Below are positions 1 to 9,087 of a stretch of 35,222 nucleotides of DNA, one piece after another. Source of the DNA: a virus (taxonomy: Duplodnaviria > Caudoviricetes); the IMG/VR virus record IMGVR_UViG_3300046779_000326, positions 1-35,222 of that record; one strand, 5' to 3'. The number at the start of each line of letters is the position of its first letter. Position 1 is the first letter of the stretch. The notes under the pieces are model-generated. The model did no database searches and was not told the DNA's origin. It worked only from the letters and a program-made list of their open reading frames with translations. The translations under genes were made by a program, and so were the position numbers.

Positions 1-127
1 ATTCAGGTGCAGAGTAATACAGCAATTTCACTGTATATGCTGAATCAGGAATAGGAGCCAACTGGAACTCACTAGCCAAGATCGTGTAATCAAGCGGCTT
101 ACCGCTTTCAGTTGTTCGAGCGTTACG
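1..127. repeat. Terminal direct repeat, copy 1 (circular-assembly overlap)
   Basis: Positions 1-127 are identical to 35096-35222. 127 is a common maximum assembler k-mer, and a CDS reads in frame through the junction. Confidence 0.95.
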
Positions 128-403
128 ACTAAACGCAGATGGGCTTGAGTAGGTCAAAGGTTGAACTGGATTTGTCGAAACAATAAAGTCCCTGATCTCC
201 AAGAAATCACTAGGCAATTCAACAGTTGAATCACCGCTTGTTGTTGTAGTCGTCACAGACTTCAACATTTGACGGATACGCAACTCACGGCGCAAACGCA
301 GTTCAGCAAACCGAATGAAATCGGTGATTTGGCTAGTTAAGTCTGTACGCGCCAGATAACTAGCTACCGCTGTCTGCAATTCTGAGTAACTGGCAATGCT
401 CAT
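1..403 (-). CDS. Head-tail adaptor/connector-like protein, 5' part (continues at 35095..34878; 206 aa total)
   Basis: ATG at 403 overlaps the upstream TGA (ATGA). It reads MSIASYSELQTAVASYLARTDLTSQITDFIRFAELRLRRELRIRQM... and joins in frame with the 34878 ORF (621 nt total). Function is inferred from position after the capsid and family resemblance. Confidence 0.75.
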   Translation of the reverse strand, partial: MSIASYSELQTAVASYLARTDLTSQITDFIRFAELRLRRELRIRQMLKSVTTTTTSGDSTVELPSDFLEIRDFIVSTNPVQPLTYSSPSAFSRNARTTESGKPLDYTILASEFQLAPIPDSAYTVKLLYYSAPE

Positions 404-1020
404 ACATCATCCCAACCATATTCATAAGTTCCGATATGCCTAATGTGCTTTGAAAGATCGTGGTCTACAACAGTCTGAAAACCAGCGTCAAACGCCTTTG
501 CACAGAAGTAAATATCTTCCCCGATTGTCCCACCTTTGTCGGTCTGTTCAAACCAAAACCAAGGTTTTTCTGTCTTTTGGAATACTTCTTTTCTGATAAG
601 AACCATTCCAAAACCAACGCCCATAACTTGCTCTAACCCTGTTTTGTCCTTGCTTGTCACCTTGACGAGATCATTATTCTCTTGGTCAATGTCCAAAGCA
701 GTAGGTAAACATGGAAATCTTCGAGTTGTAGCATTTACTCCAACAATAGGCAACTTACGAGACAAGAGAATCTGAAGCGCATCCTTTGGGAAACGCATAT
801 CAGAGTCAATCCACAGAATAGCGTCAGCGCCATCCTTGATTGCTTGTTCTGCAAGTCGTTCGCGTTGATTAAAGATCAATGTGCCAGGCACTTGATAGAT
901 CATCAACGAGCCGCCTTTAGCGCACCGAGTAACACCTTCATAAGCACAAAGTTTCGCCAAGTCAAAGGCAAAACCCGTCATTACGGTGTCACGGCATGGA
1001 ACGCAAATAGCAACCTTCAT
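400..1020 (-). CDS. Glycosyltransferase family 2-like (GT-A fold) protein
   Basis: N-terminal KVAICVP strand, DxD motif (ILWIDSDM), GFGMVLIRKEVF, GED motif and terminal HIG. Confidence 0.8.
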   Translation of the reverse strand: MKVAICVPCRDTVMTGFAFDLAKLCAYEGVTRCAKGGSLMIYQVPGTLIFNQRERLAEQAIKDGADAILWIDSDMRFPKDALQILLSRKLPIVGVNATTRRFPCLPTALDIDQENNDLVKVTSKDKTGLEQVMGVGFGMVLIRKEVFQKTEKPWFWFEQTDKGGTIGEDIYFCAKAFDAGFQTVVDHDLSKHIRHIGTYEYGWDDV

Positions 1021-1325
1021 AACTGTCCTGGGCGAGTTCTAAAGAACCGATTATCAGGGTGATTCAAGAAGGCTCGAAATCTTTTTTCATCCATCACAGC
1101 AAAACCACGCATGATGCCTTGTTTGTTCAAGTCATCAATCAGAGCGTTTGGCAGACTAGCTACCTTTGTGAACTCACCCCATTTAGCTTTTTCATCAATG
1201 GCATTGAATTGAGCTTTGTTGCTCTCAATGATTCCACTAATGTCTTGCTGTGTCTCAATGAAATACTTTCCATCAAGATCGTGAAAGTTTGTTAATTTGC
1301 CGTTTTGATTTGCTATTTCGCGCAT
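1017..1325 (-). CDS. Conserved hypothetical protein downstream of capsid
   Basis: 102-aa ORF coupled by ATGA to the next gene; C-terminal FLNHPDNRFFRTRPG is typical of the post-capsid gene in such phages. Confidence 0.7.
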   Translation of the reverse strand: MREIANQNGKLTNFHDLDGKYFIETQQDISGIIESNKAQFNAIDEKAKWGEFTKVASLPNALIDDLNKQGIMRGFAVMDEKRFRAFLNHPDNRFFRTRPGQL

Positions 1326-1351
1326 AAGAAAAGGGGGGTGATTAGCCCCCC
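1326..1351 (-). terminator. Rho-independent terminator after the capsid gene
   Basis: Minus strand GGGGGG-CTAATCA-CCCCCC followed by TTTTCTT, 7 nt after the capsid stop. Confidence 0.75.
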
Positions 1352-1358
1352 AGTTTGA

Positions 1359-2309
1359 TTAAGAAGTTGCTAAATCAGCGCAAATGCCATGAGCAGCCTC
1401 ATTGCGCATCTCAAGAGTCAACTCAGCGATGATCTGAGTCTTCTCGCTGTCACCAGCCTTAGCCAATTCGTTTGTTGCGAATGGGCGCAGGTAAGCAACT
1501 GCTGCGTATTCTGGGTCAAGCACCAGAGCATCACGAGTACGCATGAAGCGGTTAGGCACAACAGAAATCGTACCGAAGTCGCTCATGTAAACGTCAGCAG
1601 CACCGATGATGGTCGTAGGAGCATCAGAAGGAGCCATGAAACGTTGTGCAGCGATACCAGCGAAAGCAGACACAGCTTGCTTTTGGAATGGGCCAACCAT
1701 CAAAATCTTGGGGTTGCCACCAGAGCTGTAAACCTTCTGAATCACATCTTTCAAGATGGTTTCAGTGAAAGCGCGTTGAGTGCCATCAGTGCGGGTAGAA
1801 GTACCAGCAGTAGTTGGGTCAACACCAGCGGTAGTGCCAGAAGACTTGTTTGTGTTGGTCTTAATCCAAGACAACATTGCGCCCAAAGTACGAGCAGTAG
1901 ACGAATCACCAGCAGACTTGCCTTGGTTGGCAGTCAAGATGGTTTCAATGTCGCGCTTGAGTTCGGCAGAAGCCTTGCTCAATTGGTAAGCCTTTTCGCT
2001 CTTACGACCAGCTTTGTCAACAGACTCCAAAGTGCCAGAGATTTTGATGGTCTTTTGCACGATTTGAGTGTAGTTGCCCAAACGAGTTGTGGGCGACATA
2101 GTTGCGTCAGAAGCGTCAGCACCTTCAACAGCAGCGTTGGCAGTTGTAGCAGCGGCCAAGCTGTCAGTTTGCCATTCGTGGTAAACAGCAGTAGCTTTAG
2201 CACGAGCCAAAGTGTTCAACAATGGGGTGTCGGTTGGGCTAATGTCATAAATAACATCAGACAAGTCTTCGCGGTTACCGATTGATTGGTAGGTTTGATA
2301 TGTAGCCAT
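1359..2309 (-). CDS. Major capsid protein (DUF5309/SU10-like)
   Basis: GNREDLSDVIYDISPTDTP, HEWQTDSL, NYTQI and ELAKAGDSEK motifs; strongly biased codons; follows the scaffold and precedes a terminator. Confidence 0.9.
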   Translation of the reverse strand: MATYQTYQSIGNREDLSDVIYDISPTDTPLLNTLARAKATAVYHEWQTDSLAAATTANAAVEGADASDATMSPTTRLGNYTQIVQKTIKISGTLESVDKAGRKSEKAYQLSKASAELKRDIETILTANQGKSAGDSSTARTLGAMLSWIKTNTNKSSGTTAGVDPTTAGTSTRTDGTQRAFTETILKDVIQKVYSSGGNPKILMVGPFQKQAVSAFAGIAAQRFMAPSDAPTTIIGAADVYMSDFGTISVVPNRFMRTRDALVLDPEYAAVAYLRPFATNELAKAGDSEKTQIIAELTLEMRNEAAHGICADLATS

Positions 2310-2321
2310 TTTTAGCTCCTA

Positions 2322-3266
2322 TTACAAGAATTTTTCAAATACTCGAGCTGCGTCACGGACATTGCCAGTTTTACGCAACTGCGAGTGCAGTTTTTTGTTT
2401 TGTTCTGCTTCTGCATTTCGTGGATTAGAAGTGCCAGCTTTCAACATCTTGGGAGCAGCTTCAACCTTTTTAGTGATCTGAGGCTTTTTGCTCTGAAGTT
2501 GTTGGTACTTCATACCATGATACAGATTCAAAACAGCGCGAGAATCGTACAAACTTGCAAGCTCTTGGTCACTCCACCCAACAGACTTGGCGTATTCGCG
2601 GATATCCTTACGAATTTGATCGCCTTGCTTTGGGTCGCCATAACCAGGAATAAGGCTAGTCAATTTTTGACTTTCTTCAGCGAGATGACTTTGCAAACGC
2701 TCAGATTGCTCGGCTTGTTGCTGTTGTGCAATGCGTTGCTGCTCTTGTTGCAGAATTGCTAACTGTTTCTCTCGTTGTGCCTGTTCAGCCACCTTCACGG
2801 CATAACCGATCGGGTCAACTTCCTTTAAAGCCTCAAGATTTTCACCTTTGTTCTGTTGCTGGAGAAATTGCTCCATCATTTGCAGACGTTGGGCGTACTG
2901 ATCTCTTAATTTGTTCGCTTCCTGAATTTTCGCTCGTTCGGCTTCCACCGCTTTGCGTTCTTCAGCAAGTTTTTGGGTCTTTTTGGTGTAATCCGCGCCT
3001 AATTGGTAGCCCTCAATAAGCTCAGTCTCAGTTACTTCGCGGTCTTCTCCAGCGGCTTTCACCTTGAATTTACGCGTAGGCTGTTCGTCAGCTTCTTCAG
3101 AATCTACCAACTCCGACTCAGATTCCTCAACATATTCCTCGACTGTTTCCTCAGTTTCAGGTTGGCCTTCGGCTCCCTCTGCTGCATCCATCATGCCTAG
3201 AAATGCTGCTGCGGCTGTGTCCACCGTCAGCGGCCCACTACCTTGCGGTGTCGTGTTTTCGCTCAT
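2322..3266 (-). CDS. Capsid scaffolding protein
   Basis: Acidic N-terminus, ELIEGYQLGADYTKKTQKLAEERK motif, coiled coil, C-terminal LRKTGNVRDAA; immediately upstream of the capsid gene. Confidence 0.85.
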   Translation of the reverse strand: MSENTTPQGSGPLTVDTAAAAFLGMMDAAEGAEGQPETEETVEEYVEESESELVDSEEADEQPTRKFKVKAAGEDREVTETELIEGYQLGADYTKKTQKLAEERKAVEAERAKIQEANKLRDQYAQRLQMMEQFLQQQNKGENLEALKEVDPIGYAVKVAEQAQREKQLAILQQEQQRIAQQQQAEQSERLQSHLAEESQKLTSLIPGYGDPKQGDQIRKDIREYAKSVGWSDQELASLYDSRAVLNLYHGMKYQQLQSKKPQITKKVEAAPKMLKAGTSNPRNAEAEQNKKLHSQLRKTGNVRDAARVFEKFL

Positions 3267-3305
3267 TTGATTCCCAAATTGTCAGTCTAAACCGTAGACC
3301 ACGGG

Positions 3306-3536
3306 TTACAGGATTTTCCACTTTTTATCGTTGATCTGCTTAGTCGCAGCCAAAGATTCAAAGTGCCCTAGAACGGATTGTAATGCGTTTATTTTCATAT
3401 ACGCAACTTCTCTTTCATCAACCTGGTGAGGCTGTGAATGAATGATTTTTTGCATCTCAATTGACTTTAAGGCTTCAATCTCACCTTTAAAAAAGTCGTC
3501 ATTGAGAAGATTTTTAGATTTTTGCGTTTTGTCCAA
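3306..3536 (-). CDS. Small conserved head-module protein (TTG start proposed)
   Basis: Reads (M)DKTQKSKNLLNDDFF...EREVAYMKINAL; resembles the small gene usually found between portal and scaffold. Start is uncertain (3536 or 3545). Confidence 0.6.
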   Translation of the reverse strand: MDKTQKSKNLLNDDFFKGEIEALKSIEMQKIIHSQPHQVDEREVAYMKINALQSVLGHFESLAATKQINDKKWKIL

Positions 3537-4674
3537 CGATTGCACTCACGATTTGGTTAATGTCAACAGGCGAACCCATTGGCGTTTGTTGCATACCTGA
3601 CGCGAAAATGTCATTAAAGCTCATGTTCGGCTGTACGTTTTGTAAACCTTGCCATTGTGTACCTTGCAGCGAAACACCAGGGAATAAGTCTTCAAACGTG
3701 ACATTTTGAACTGGAGTGTAGCTGTACTCAGGAGATTTCCACTCAGTAGGTATTGGAACTTGTGCAAATCCTGTTGGGCCTGTTGCTCCGCCACCGCCAC
3801 CACTATCGCCAAGTCCAAGTGGGTCGCCAGTAATTGAATTAACCAGTAAACCAGCACGAACAGCGTCTAATGCTTGTTTTAATGTCCATCCATTAGATGC
3901 CATTGCAGCTTTAGCTTGAGCCAATTCAGCCTCAGTAGCACCAGTAGCAGGACTCCAGCCACCGCCAGCATCAATGTTGTCAGCAGCAATATCGCTAGTG
4001 ATTTGTTCAACAGTTGGTGGTGGCGTTTCAACTGGCACTGTCTCAACTGGAGGTTGTTCTAAGGCAACTCGTGCAGCCTCTAACTCAGCAGCAGTAGCGC
4101 CATCAGCAGGACTCCAACCACCACCAACGTCAATATTGTCAGGGCCAGTTACGCCACCAACAGCATTAGGGTCTGGTGTTACTCCTACTGCTTTTCCAAT
4201 CTCGCCATAATTGCTTGTATTACCTTGCGCTCCACCAGTAGCACCAGCAGCAAGAGTCAATTTTTGACCACCACTTGTGTTCAGAATGTCTTGTGCGCCT
4301 TCGCTGACAAGTTCTTTTGTAACCAAACTTGAGCCTGGCAAGAAATAGTTACCAGCAATAACAGCAGCGGCCTCTAGCGGGTCTCTTACATCCATGTAAG
4401 TTTCGCTCAGAATTGCATCAATGTTATTAACACCACTCTTTAACTCGTCTTCTGCATCACTTAAATCACCTTTTACAACTGATTCAGTTACTTTTCCAGC
4501 GGTCTCAAGTGAGTTTTTTGATAGATCAATACTACCTTCAACAATATCAATAGCTGGCTGAATAACAATATCGTCAATTGTTTTCGCCATGTCTTTGACG
4601 TTTTGAACAGGGTCAGTAACTATACTGACTGCCGTATCAACGAGTTTTCCTACGAATCCACCGCAGCATCCCAT
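3514..4674 (-). CDS. Gly/Ala/acidic low-complexity protein with internal repeat, possibly an internal virion protein
   Basis: 386-aa ORF starting MGCCGG, TAATG-coupled to the upstream gene; two copies of DNID(V/A)GGGWSPAxGATxAEL. Confidence 0.65.
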   Translation of the reverse strand: MGCCGGFVGKLVDTAVSIVTDPVQNVKDMAKTIDDIVIQPAIDIVEGSIDLSKNSLETAGKVTESVVKGDLSDAEDELKSGVNNIDAILSETYMDVRDPLEAAAVIAGNYFLPGSSLVTKELVSEGAQDILNTSGGQKLTLAAGATGGAQGNTSNYGEIGKAVGVTPDPNAVGGVTGPDNIDVGGGWSPADGATAAELEAARVALEQPPVETVPVETPPPTVEQITSDIAADNIDAGGGWSPATGATEAELAQAKAAMASNGWTLKQALDAVRAGLLVNSITGDPLGLGDSGGGGGATGPTGFAQVPIPTEWKSPEYSYTPVQNVTFEDLFPGVSLQGTQWQGLQNVQPNMSFNDIFASGMQQTPMGSPVDINQIVSAIVGQNAKI

Positions 4675-5057
4675 TATGTCCTCGCAGTCAGTAATAAATT
4701 GTCAACTGAATTGTTGCCAGTTTGTTCAAAGCCAATGTCTTTTAGTCCAACAGCTTCAGCAATTTTTCTTGAAGATTCAACGTCAGAAACATACATCAAG
4801 ATAGTGTTTATACCTTTAGCTTTGATGTATTCAATGAACTTCTTAATTGCTATTAAGTATTGTTTAGGGCCACCGCCATTGATGATAGAAAAAAGACAAT
4901 TCTCTCCATCATCTTTGTGAACAAACAAAACATCATTGAATTTTGTAACTGCAAATCCATTCTTCACAGCATCTTGGATTGCATTTAACAACCCAATCTC
5001 ATTGCCTGAAATCTTGTTGTTCTTTATGTGGTTTTTAACAATCTCAGCGGTGTTCAT
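4674..5057 (-). CDS. Hypothetical protein, possibly GNAT-like fold
   Basis: 127 aa, AT-rich, ATGA-coupled to portal. The pattern IKKFIEYIKAKGINTILMYV..SRKIAEAVG resembles the C-terminal half of GNAT folds (inference). Confidence 0.55.
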   Translation of the reverse strand: MNTAEIVKNHIKNNKISGNEIGLLNAIQDAVKNGFAVTKFNDVLFVHKDDGENCLFSIINGGGPKQYLIAIKKFIEYIKAKGINTILMYVSDVESSRKIAEAVGLKDIGFEQTGNNSVDNLLLTART

Positions 5058-7135
5058 CCTGGAATCTCCACATTAGAAGTGATACCTGCACCTACCTTCA
5101 TAGCCTTCAATCGAGCTTCAGCCATAAATTCTTCTTCTTTCAGTTGAAGACTTGCGGCTGCTTTCTCACGTTCTAACTGGAGTTGAGCAGCGTTCTTTTC
5201 ACGCATCAACTGCAACTCAGCAGCGGCTTTTTGTTGCGACAACTGAATGTCAGCCTGAGCCTTGGCTTGTTGAGCCTGAATGTCTGCCTGAGTCTTAGCC
5301 ATGTACGCTTGAACTTCAGGCGGCATTTGTTGCTGTTGAGGCTGTGGCTGGCTCATTTGTTGATCTTGCTCTGGACTGATTGACTTGTAGAACTCGGCAG
5401 AATCCTTGAATCCAGCGGCTTCAACCATACGGCCCAATGTGTTGCGATACTGACCCATTGTCACCAATGGATTAGCTGGCCCCATTTGACCCAAGATTTG
5501 CTCTTGTTTTGCAAGAACCATGTTCAACATAGCCATTTGCTCTTGACGGTTTCCAGCACCCAAACCTACGTTAATGTCCACATCGTACTGATTTGACCAC
5601 TCACGTGGGTCAAATTGAACGTACTGACCACGCATACGGATGATTCGTGGCTTGTCTTGGTACTTGCACAGAAGATGCAAGATGCCTTTAAACAGCGACT
5701 TAACGCCTGTCTCAGCAAAGATTCGAGCAATCATCTCAATCTTGCCAGCAGAGCTTTGTTGCATAGAAGCAACAGCAGCAGCAGTAACGTTTTGCAGGAT
5801 AGATGGGTCTAAGCCTTGGCTTGCCTCAGTTACGCCAGTGCGTTTCTGTTGAACAGAATCAAGGTATTGCAAGAATGGGAATGTTTGACCTGCGATTGAT
5901 TGCACATTCAATTGGCTCACAGCACCAGGCGTCTTGACGCGAATCACGCCACCTGCACTTGAAGTCAGCAAATCGTCAAGGTTTACTTGACCGTCTACCG
6001 CTGTCACACGAGCGTTGTTTGTCAGATACAGGTTATCAAGAATCTGACGTGTCAGAGTGGTCTTGATAAGCTGAATGTCCATTGTGCGATCTGCCATCGA
6101 CTCGCCAAAGAACTTGTGAGGCGTTGGAATTGGGCAGAGAGAGTGGAACGGCACATAGTCAGTTTCCTCGTCGCTCAGAATCTCGTTTGATGCGTAGAAG
6201 ACTTGACGCAGTTCAGCGATGCCATCACCGTCAATGTCAGCACGAACGTAGCACTCAAACACTTCAATGGTTTGCATGGCTTCGTCAAGGCTTTGACCAT
6301 CATCAGGGTTTTCACCATTGCTGACGCGAGCCAAATATTCAGGCGAGAAAGTCAACGAATCAGACGATTGCAAGCCATTTACCACGTCAGCATCAAAGCC
6401 CATTGCGATCAAATCGCTACGAGTGATTAAACGGCGGTGTGCAACAAAAGGAGCGTCTTCAGGGCTGCGCTTGGCACGCTTGGAGATCAAGAATTCTTCT
6501 GGTGGGATGTTTTCAACAACCACATGACCAGACTTCTTTTTCTTTTGAACGGTGACGCTGTTAGACGAATACATCACGGGCTGACCAAGTTGGTCAAGCA
6601 CTGGATTACCCATCGGGTCTAGCATTTCGTTCTCGACTACCTCTTTCTCGACTACTTCCATAGTCTCGTCAGAAAGAAGCATTGCCAGTTCATCGTCAGA
6701 CAAATCACGGTACTTTTCTTTAGTAACGTCTTCTTTGTCTTCCCAATAGGCTTTAACTACGCCAACCTTTTGCAAGAGCGCATCTTTAAACCAATCGTGC
6801 ATGACAATAAGACCGTCATTGTCACGCATGAACACCCAATTGCAGTATTCAGTAGCTTGTTTAGCGCCAGCTTCATCTTGTGGGCCACGAGCGTCAAACC
6901 GTACCACTTCGTCACTTGACGAGAAGATACGCACTAATGGTGGCAAAGCGCCATCCACAGCTTCAGCGACTTCGCCAGTAACGATGGATGACTTACCTTG
7001 TACCTCGTTGCCATATGGCTCACGCAAATAGGCTTGAATTGCGTCTGTGCGTTGTTGAGTGGTTTCGGTTTCTAAGAATCCGATGGAGTTATCAATCTCA
7101 GCCGAGATGATCGCTTTCAGTTTGTCTTGGCTCAT
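5054..7135 (-). CDS. Portal protein (P22-like, with C-terminal barrel)
   Basis: 693 aa after TerL; DALLQKVGVVKAYW, PIPTPHKFFGES, RQILDNLYLTNN and RTGV motifs; Q-rich coiled C-terminus. Confidence 0.92.
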   Translation of the reverse strand: MSQDKLKAIISAEIDNSIGFLETETTQQRTDAIQAYLREPYGNEVQGKSSIVTGEVAEAVDGALPPLVRIFSSSDEVVRFDARGPQDEAGAKQATEYCNWVFMRDNDGLIVMHDWFKDALLQKVGVVKAYWEDKEDVTKEKYRDLSDDELAMLLSDETMEVVEKEVVENEMLDPMGNPVLDQLGQPVMYSSNSVTVQKKKKSGHVVVENIPPEEFLISKRAKRSPEDAPFVAHRRLITRSDLIAMGFDADVVNGLQSSDSLTFSPEYLARVSNGENPDDGQSLDEAMQTIEVFECYVRADIDGDGIAELRQVFYASNEILSDEETDYVPFHSLCPIPTPHKFFGESMADRTMDIQLIKTTLTRQILDNLYLTNNARVTAVDGQVNLDDLLTSSAGGVIRVKTPGAVSQLNVQSIAGQTFPFLQYLDSVQQKRTGVTEASQGLDPSILQNVTAAAVASMQQSSAGKIEMIARIFAETGVKSLFKGILHLLCKYQDKPRIIRMRGQYVQFDPREWSNQYDVDINVGLGAGNRQEQMAMLNMVLAKQEQILGQMGPANPLVTMGQYRNTLGRMVEAAGFKDSAEFYKSISPEQDQQMSQPQPQQQQMPPEVQAYMAKTQADIQAQQAKAQADIQLSQQKAAAELQLMREKNAAQLQLEREKAAASLQLKEEEFMAEARLKAMKVGAGITSNVEIPG

Positions 7136-7277
7136 CTTTTACCTTTGGTGGCCTACCCATTTTCGGGCGTTGCTCTGATTGTAATACTTCAAAAGCCTTT
7201 TCGAGCAAGTCAATTCTGCGCTCAAGTGCATCAATTCTGCGTTTATCGGCAATATCGCCCTGTTTCATAAAGTACAT
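7098..7277 (-). CDS. Small coiled-coil hypothetical protein
   Basis: ATG at 7277 overlaps the TerL stop (TGATG); RIDALERRIDLLE coil and a GRPPK motif. Confidence 0.55.
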   Translation of the reverse strand: MYFMKQGDIADKRRIDALERRIDLLEKAFEVLQSEQRPKMGRPPKVKDEPRQTESDHLG

Positions 7278-8536
7278 CAGACTATCCATTTCTTTGGTTG
7301 GTTTAGTGGCTTATCCCACGAGCTTGCAGATTCATTCAATCCAATAGCTAAATAACGGAAAGCGTCAGAAGCGTGTGAAGACCAGTCGTGAAGCGGTCTG
7401 TCATAGAAAATCTTTCGTTTTTCATCGTACTCACGGCGGTAGTTTCTTAGGCAATCCAGCCCAATCTTGACCTTTGGCACGTTAAACCAGCACCTTGGCA
7501 AAATCCTACGGACTGCCTGAATCCCGTCATCAACGCCCATCCGTTTGGCGATTTGGATGTTTAAACCAGTTTCTTGAAGCATCTCAAGGCGACTGCGACC
7601 AGTACCTAATTCCCTTACCTGTACGTCATGCGGCAAGATATGCTCGGCTTTGTCCCATGAGTTTTCTCTTAGCCAATTGACGTAAACATCCAGACCGACA
7701 CCGTTGTTTTCGTAATAGTCGATGAGCCTGATCTCTGAGCCTACCAATTGAGCAACCCAGATAGCCGTAGAGTCACCCATTCCTAAGTCCCATGCTGTGA
7801 TAGTCTTGCAAAGGTCATCCCTTGGAAACTCTTGAATGTGGTTCTTAGCTTCAAGTTCATTTATCAAATGGCCATAGTAAGAGCCTTCAACAGCAGCGTT
7901 AAACGAACACTCAAACTCTTGCAGGTACTTGTCTTCCCCCATTTCAGAGCGAGCAGCGTTCAGTTCAGACTCGGCAATTACGCCAGTTTCACTTGCCTTG
8001 AATTCAAGCAATACCCAATCTTGCTCTTTTTCTGCGCGATCTCTCAAATCTTTGAAATGATTGTGTCCCTTTGGTGTACCAATAAACAGACACCATCCAA
8101 GACGGTCTGAAAGCGCAGGGCGAACAATATCAGTCCAAATTACAGGATTTTGGTCGCCAATTTCGTCAAGGCAACATCCGTCAAAGTATTGTCCGCGCAA
8201 GGAATCTGGATTGTCCGAGCCGTATAGCTGGATTCGTCTTCCCCAAAAGTCGACTCGTAATTCTGCGATGTTGACAGTAGCCCCGAGCGGTTGGGTGTAT
8301 TTGATAAGGTAATCCCAAGCAACCCGCTTTGCTTGTCCGTATGTTGGGGCAATGTAGGCATATCTTGGATTCTCCTTTGTGTTCAAAATCGCCTGTTTGA
8401 TAATGTGATTAAGCGCAGCAACAGTTTTTCCAAATCGGCGATGAGCAACAACAACAGAAAAGCGATGCTCCTCTAAACTGTTATGCACCTCTAATTGATG
8501 CTCGCGAGGCGCGTAAGGAATGATTATTGTGCCCAT
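7277..8536 (-). CDS. terL: Terminase large subunit
   Basis: Walker A VAHRRFGKT, LRG, Walker B CCLDE, FIGTPKG, nuclease AWDLG and HASDAFRY. Confidence 0.95.
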   Translation of the reverse strand: MGTIIIPYAPREHQLEVHNSLEEHRFSVVVAHRRFGKTVAALNHIIKQAILNTKENPRYAYIAPTYGQAKRVAWDYLIKYTQPLGATVNIAELRVDFWGRRIQLYGSDNPDSLRGQYFDGCCLDEIGDQNPVIWTDIVRPALSDRLGWCLFIGTPKGHNHFKDLRDRAEKEQDWVLLEFKASETGVIAESELNAARSEMGEDKYLQEFECSFNAAVEGSYYGHLINELEAKNHIQEFPRDDLCKTITAWDLGMGDSTAIWVAQLVGSEIRLIDYYENNGVGLDVYVNWLRENSWDKAEHILPHDVQVRELGTGRSRLEMLQETGLNIQIAKRMGVDDGIQAVRRILPRCWFNVPKVKIGLDCLRNYRREYDEKRKIFYDRPLHDWSSHASDAFRYLAIGLNESASSWDKPLNQPKKWIV

Positions 8537-8859
8537 TGAACCTTAACAGCAGAACCATCAGGGCCGCTGATTTCATGTGCTTGCGTGTCTTTCCAGCCCA
8601 TTTGCGTCTTTGACCACCAAATCGCTGCTGTTGTATCTCCACCAGTTGCTTTTTGAAATAGCGTCTGGCCAACACGAGCATTGGCTTTTGCTTTACCTTG
8701 CGCAAGTTCCTTTCTGAAGTGTTTTTTCAGCGTATCAGCGTCAATTCCGTCTTCGCCAATGAGCGCTGCAATATTTTCATGAGGAACTCCATAGCCTGCT
8801 AATGCCTGAACTCTCTTTCGCTCTTCTTCAGTTGGTCTAAACAAGATTCCTTGCGACAT
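8524..8859 (-). CDS. terS: Terminase small subunit
   Basis: 111-aa HTH-like protein (IAALIG..IDADTLKKHF) with AAIWWSKTQMGW and EISGPDG, directly upstream of and overlapping terL. Confidence 0.75.
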   Translation of the reverse strand: MSQGILFRPTEEERKRVQALAGYGVPHENIAALIGEDGIDADTLKKHFRKELAQGKAKANARVGQTLFQKATGGDTTAAIWWSKTQMGWKDTQAHEISGPDGSAVKVQWAQ

Positions 8860-8883
8860 ATTTATAACTCCGAATCTTAATAC

Positions 8884-9087
8884 TTATTTTGTACCAGCTA
8901 GTGCTAAAAGCTCATCCATTGTTTCAGCACTAATAATGCAAACCTGCTCAACTCTGAACTTTCCACCATTCTTTGCTTTAGATGCCTGTTCTTCTGCTTT
9001 GTGCTTATGAACATACATCCAGCCTTCTACTGGCTGCCCATCGTGAGCAAATACAACAATCCAACGTTTAGACGGTAGAACCTTCAT
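8884..9087 (-). CDS. Hypothetical protein
   Basis: 67-aa ORF filling the gap in the operon. Confidence 0.5.
   Translation of the reverse strand: MKVLPSKRWIVVFAHDGQPVEGWMYVHKHKAEEQASKAKNGGKFRVEQVCIISAETMDELLALAGTK

Noticed and set aside
1-127. 127-bp terminal repeat as a biological direct terminal repeat
   Set aside because: The length matches a typical assembler k-mer and it falls mid-gene. It indicates a circular or permuted assembly, not physical genome ends.
1389-2285. 298-aa plus-strand ORF opposite the capsid gene
   Set aside because: Antisense shadow of a codon-biased gene; no recognisable motifs.
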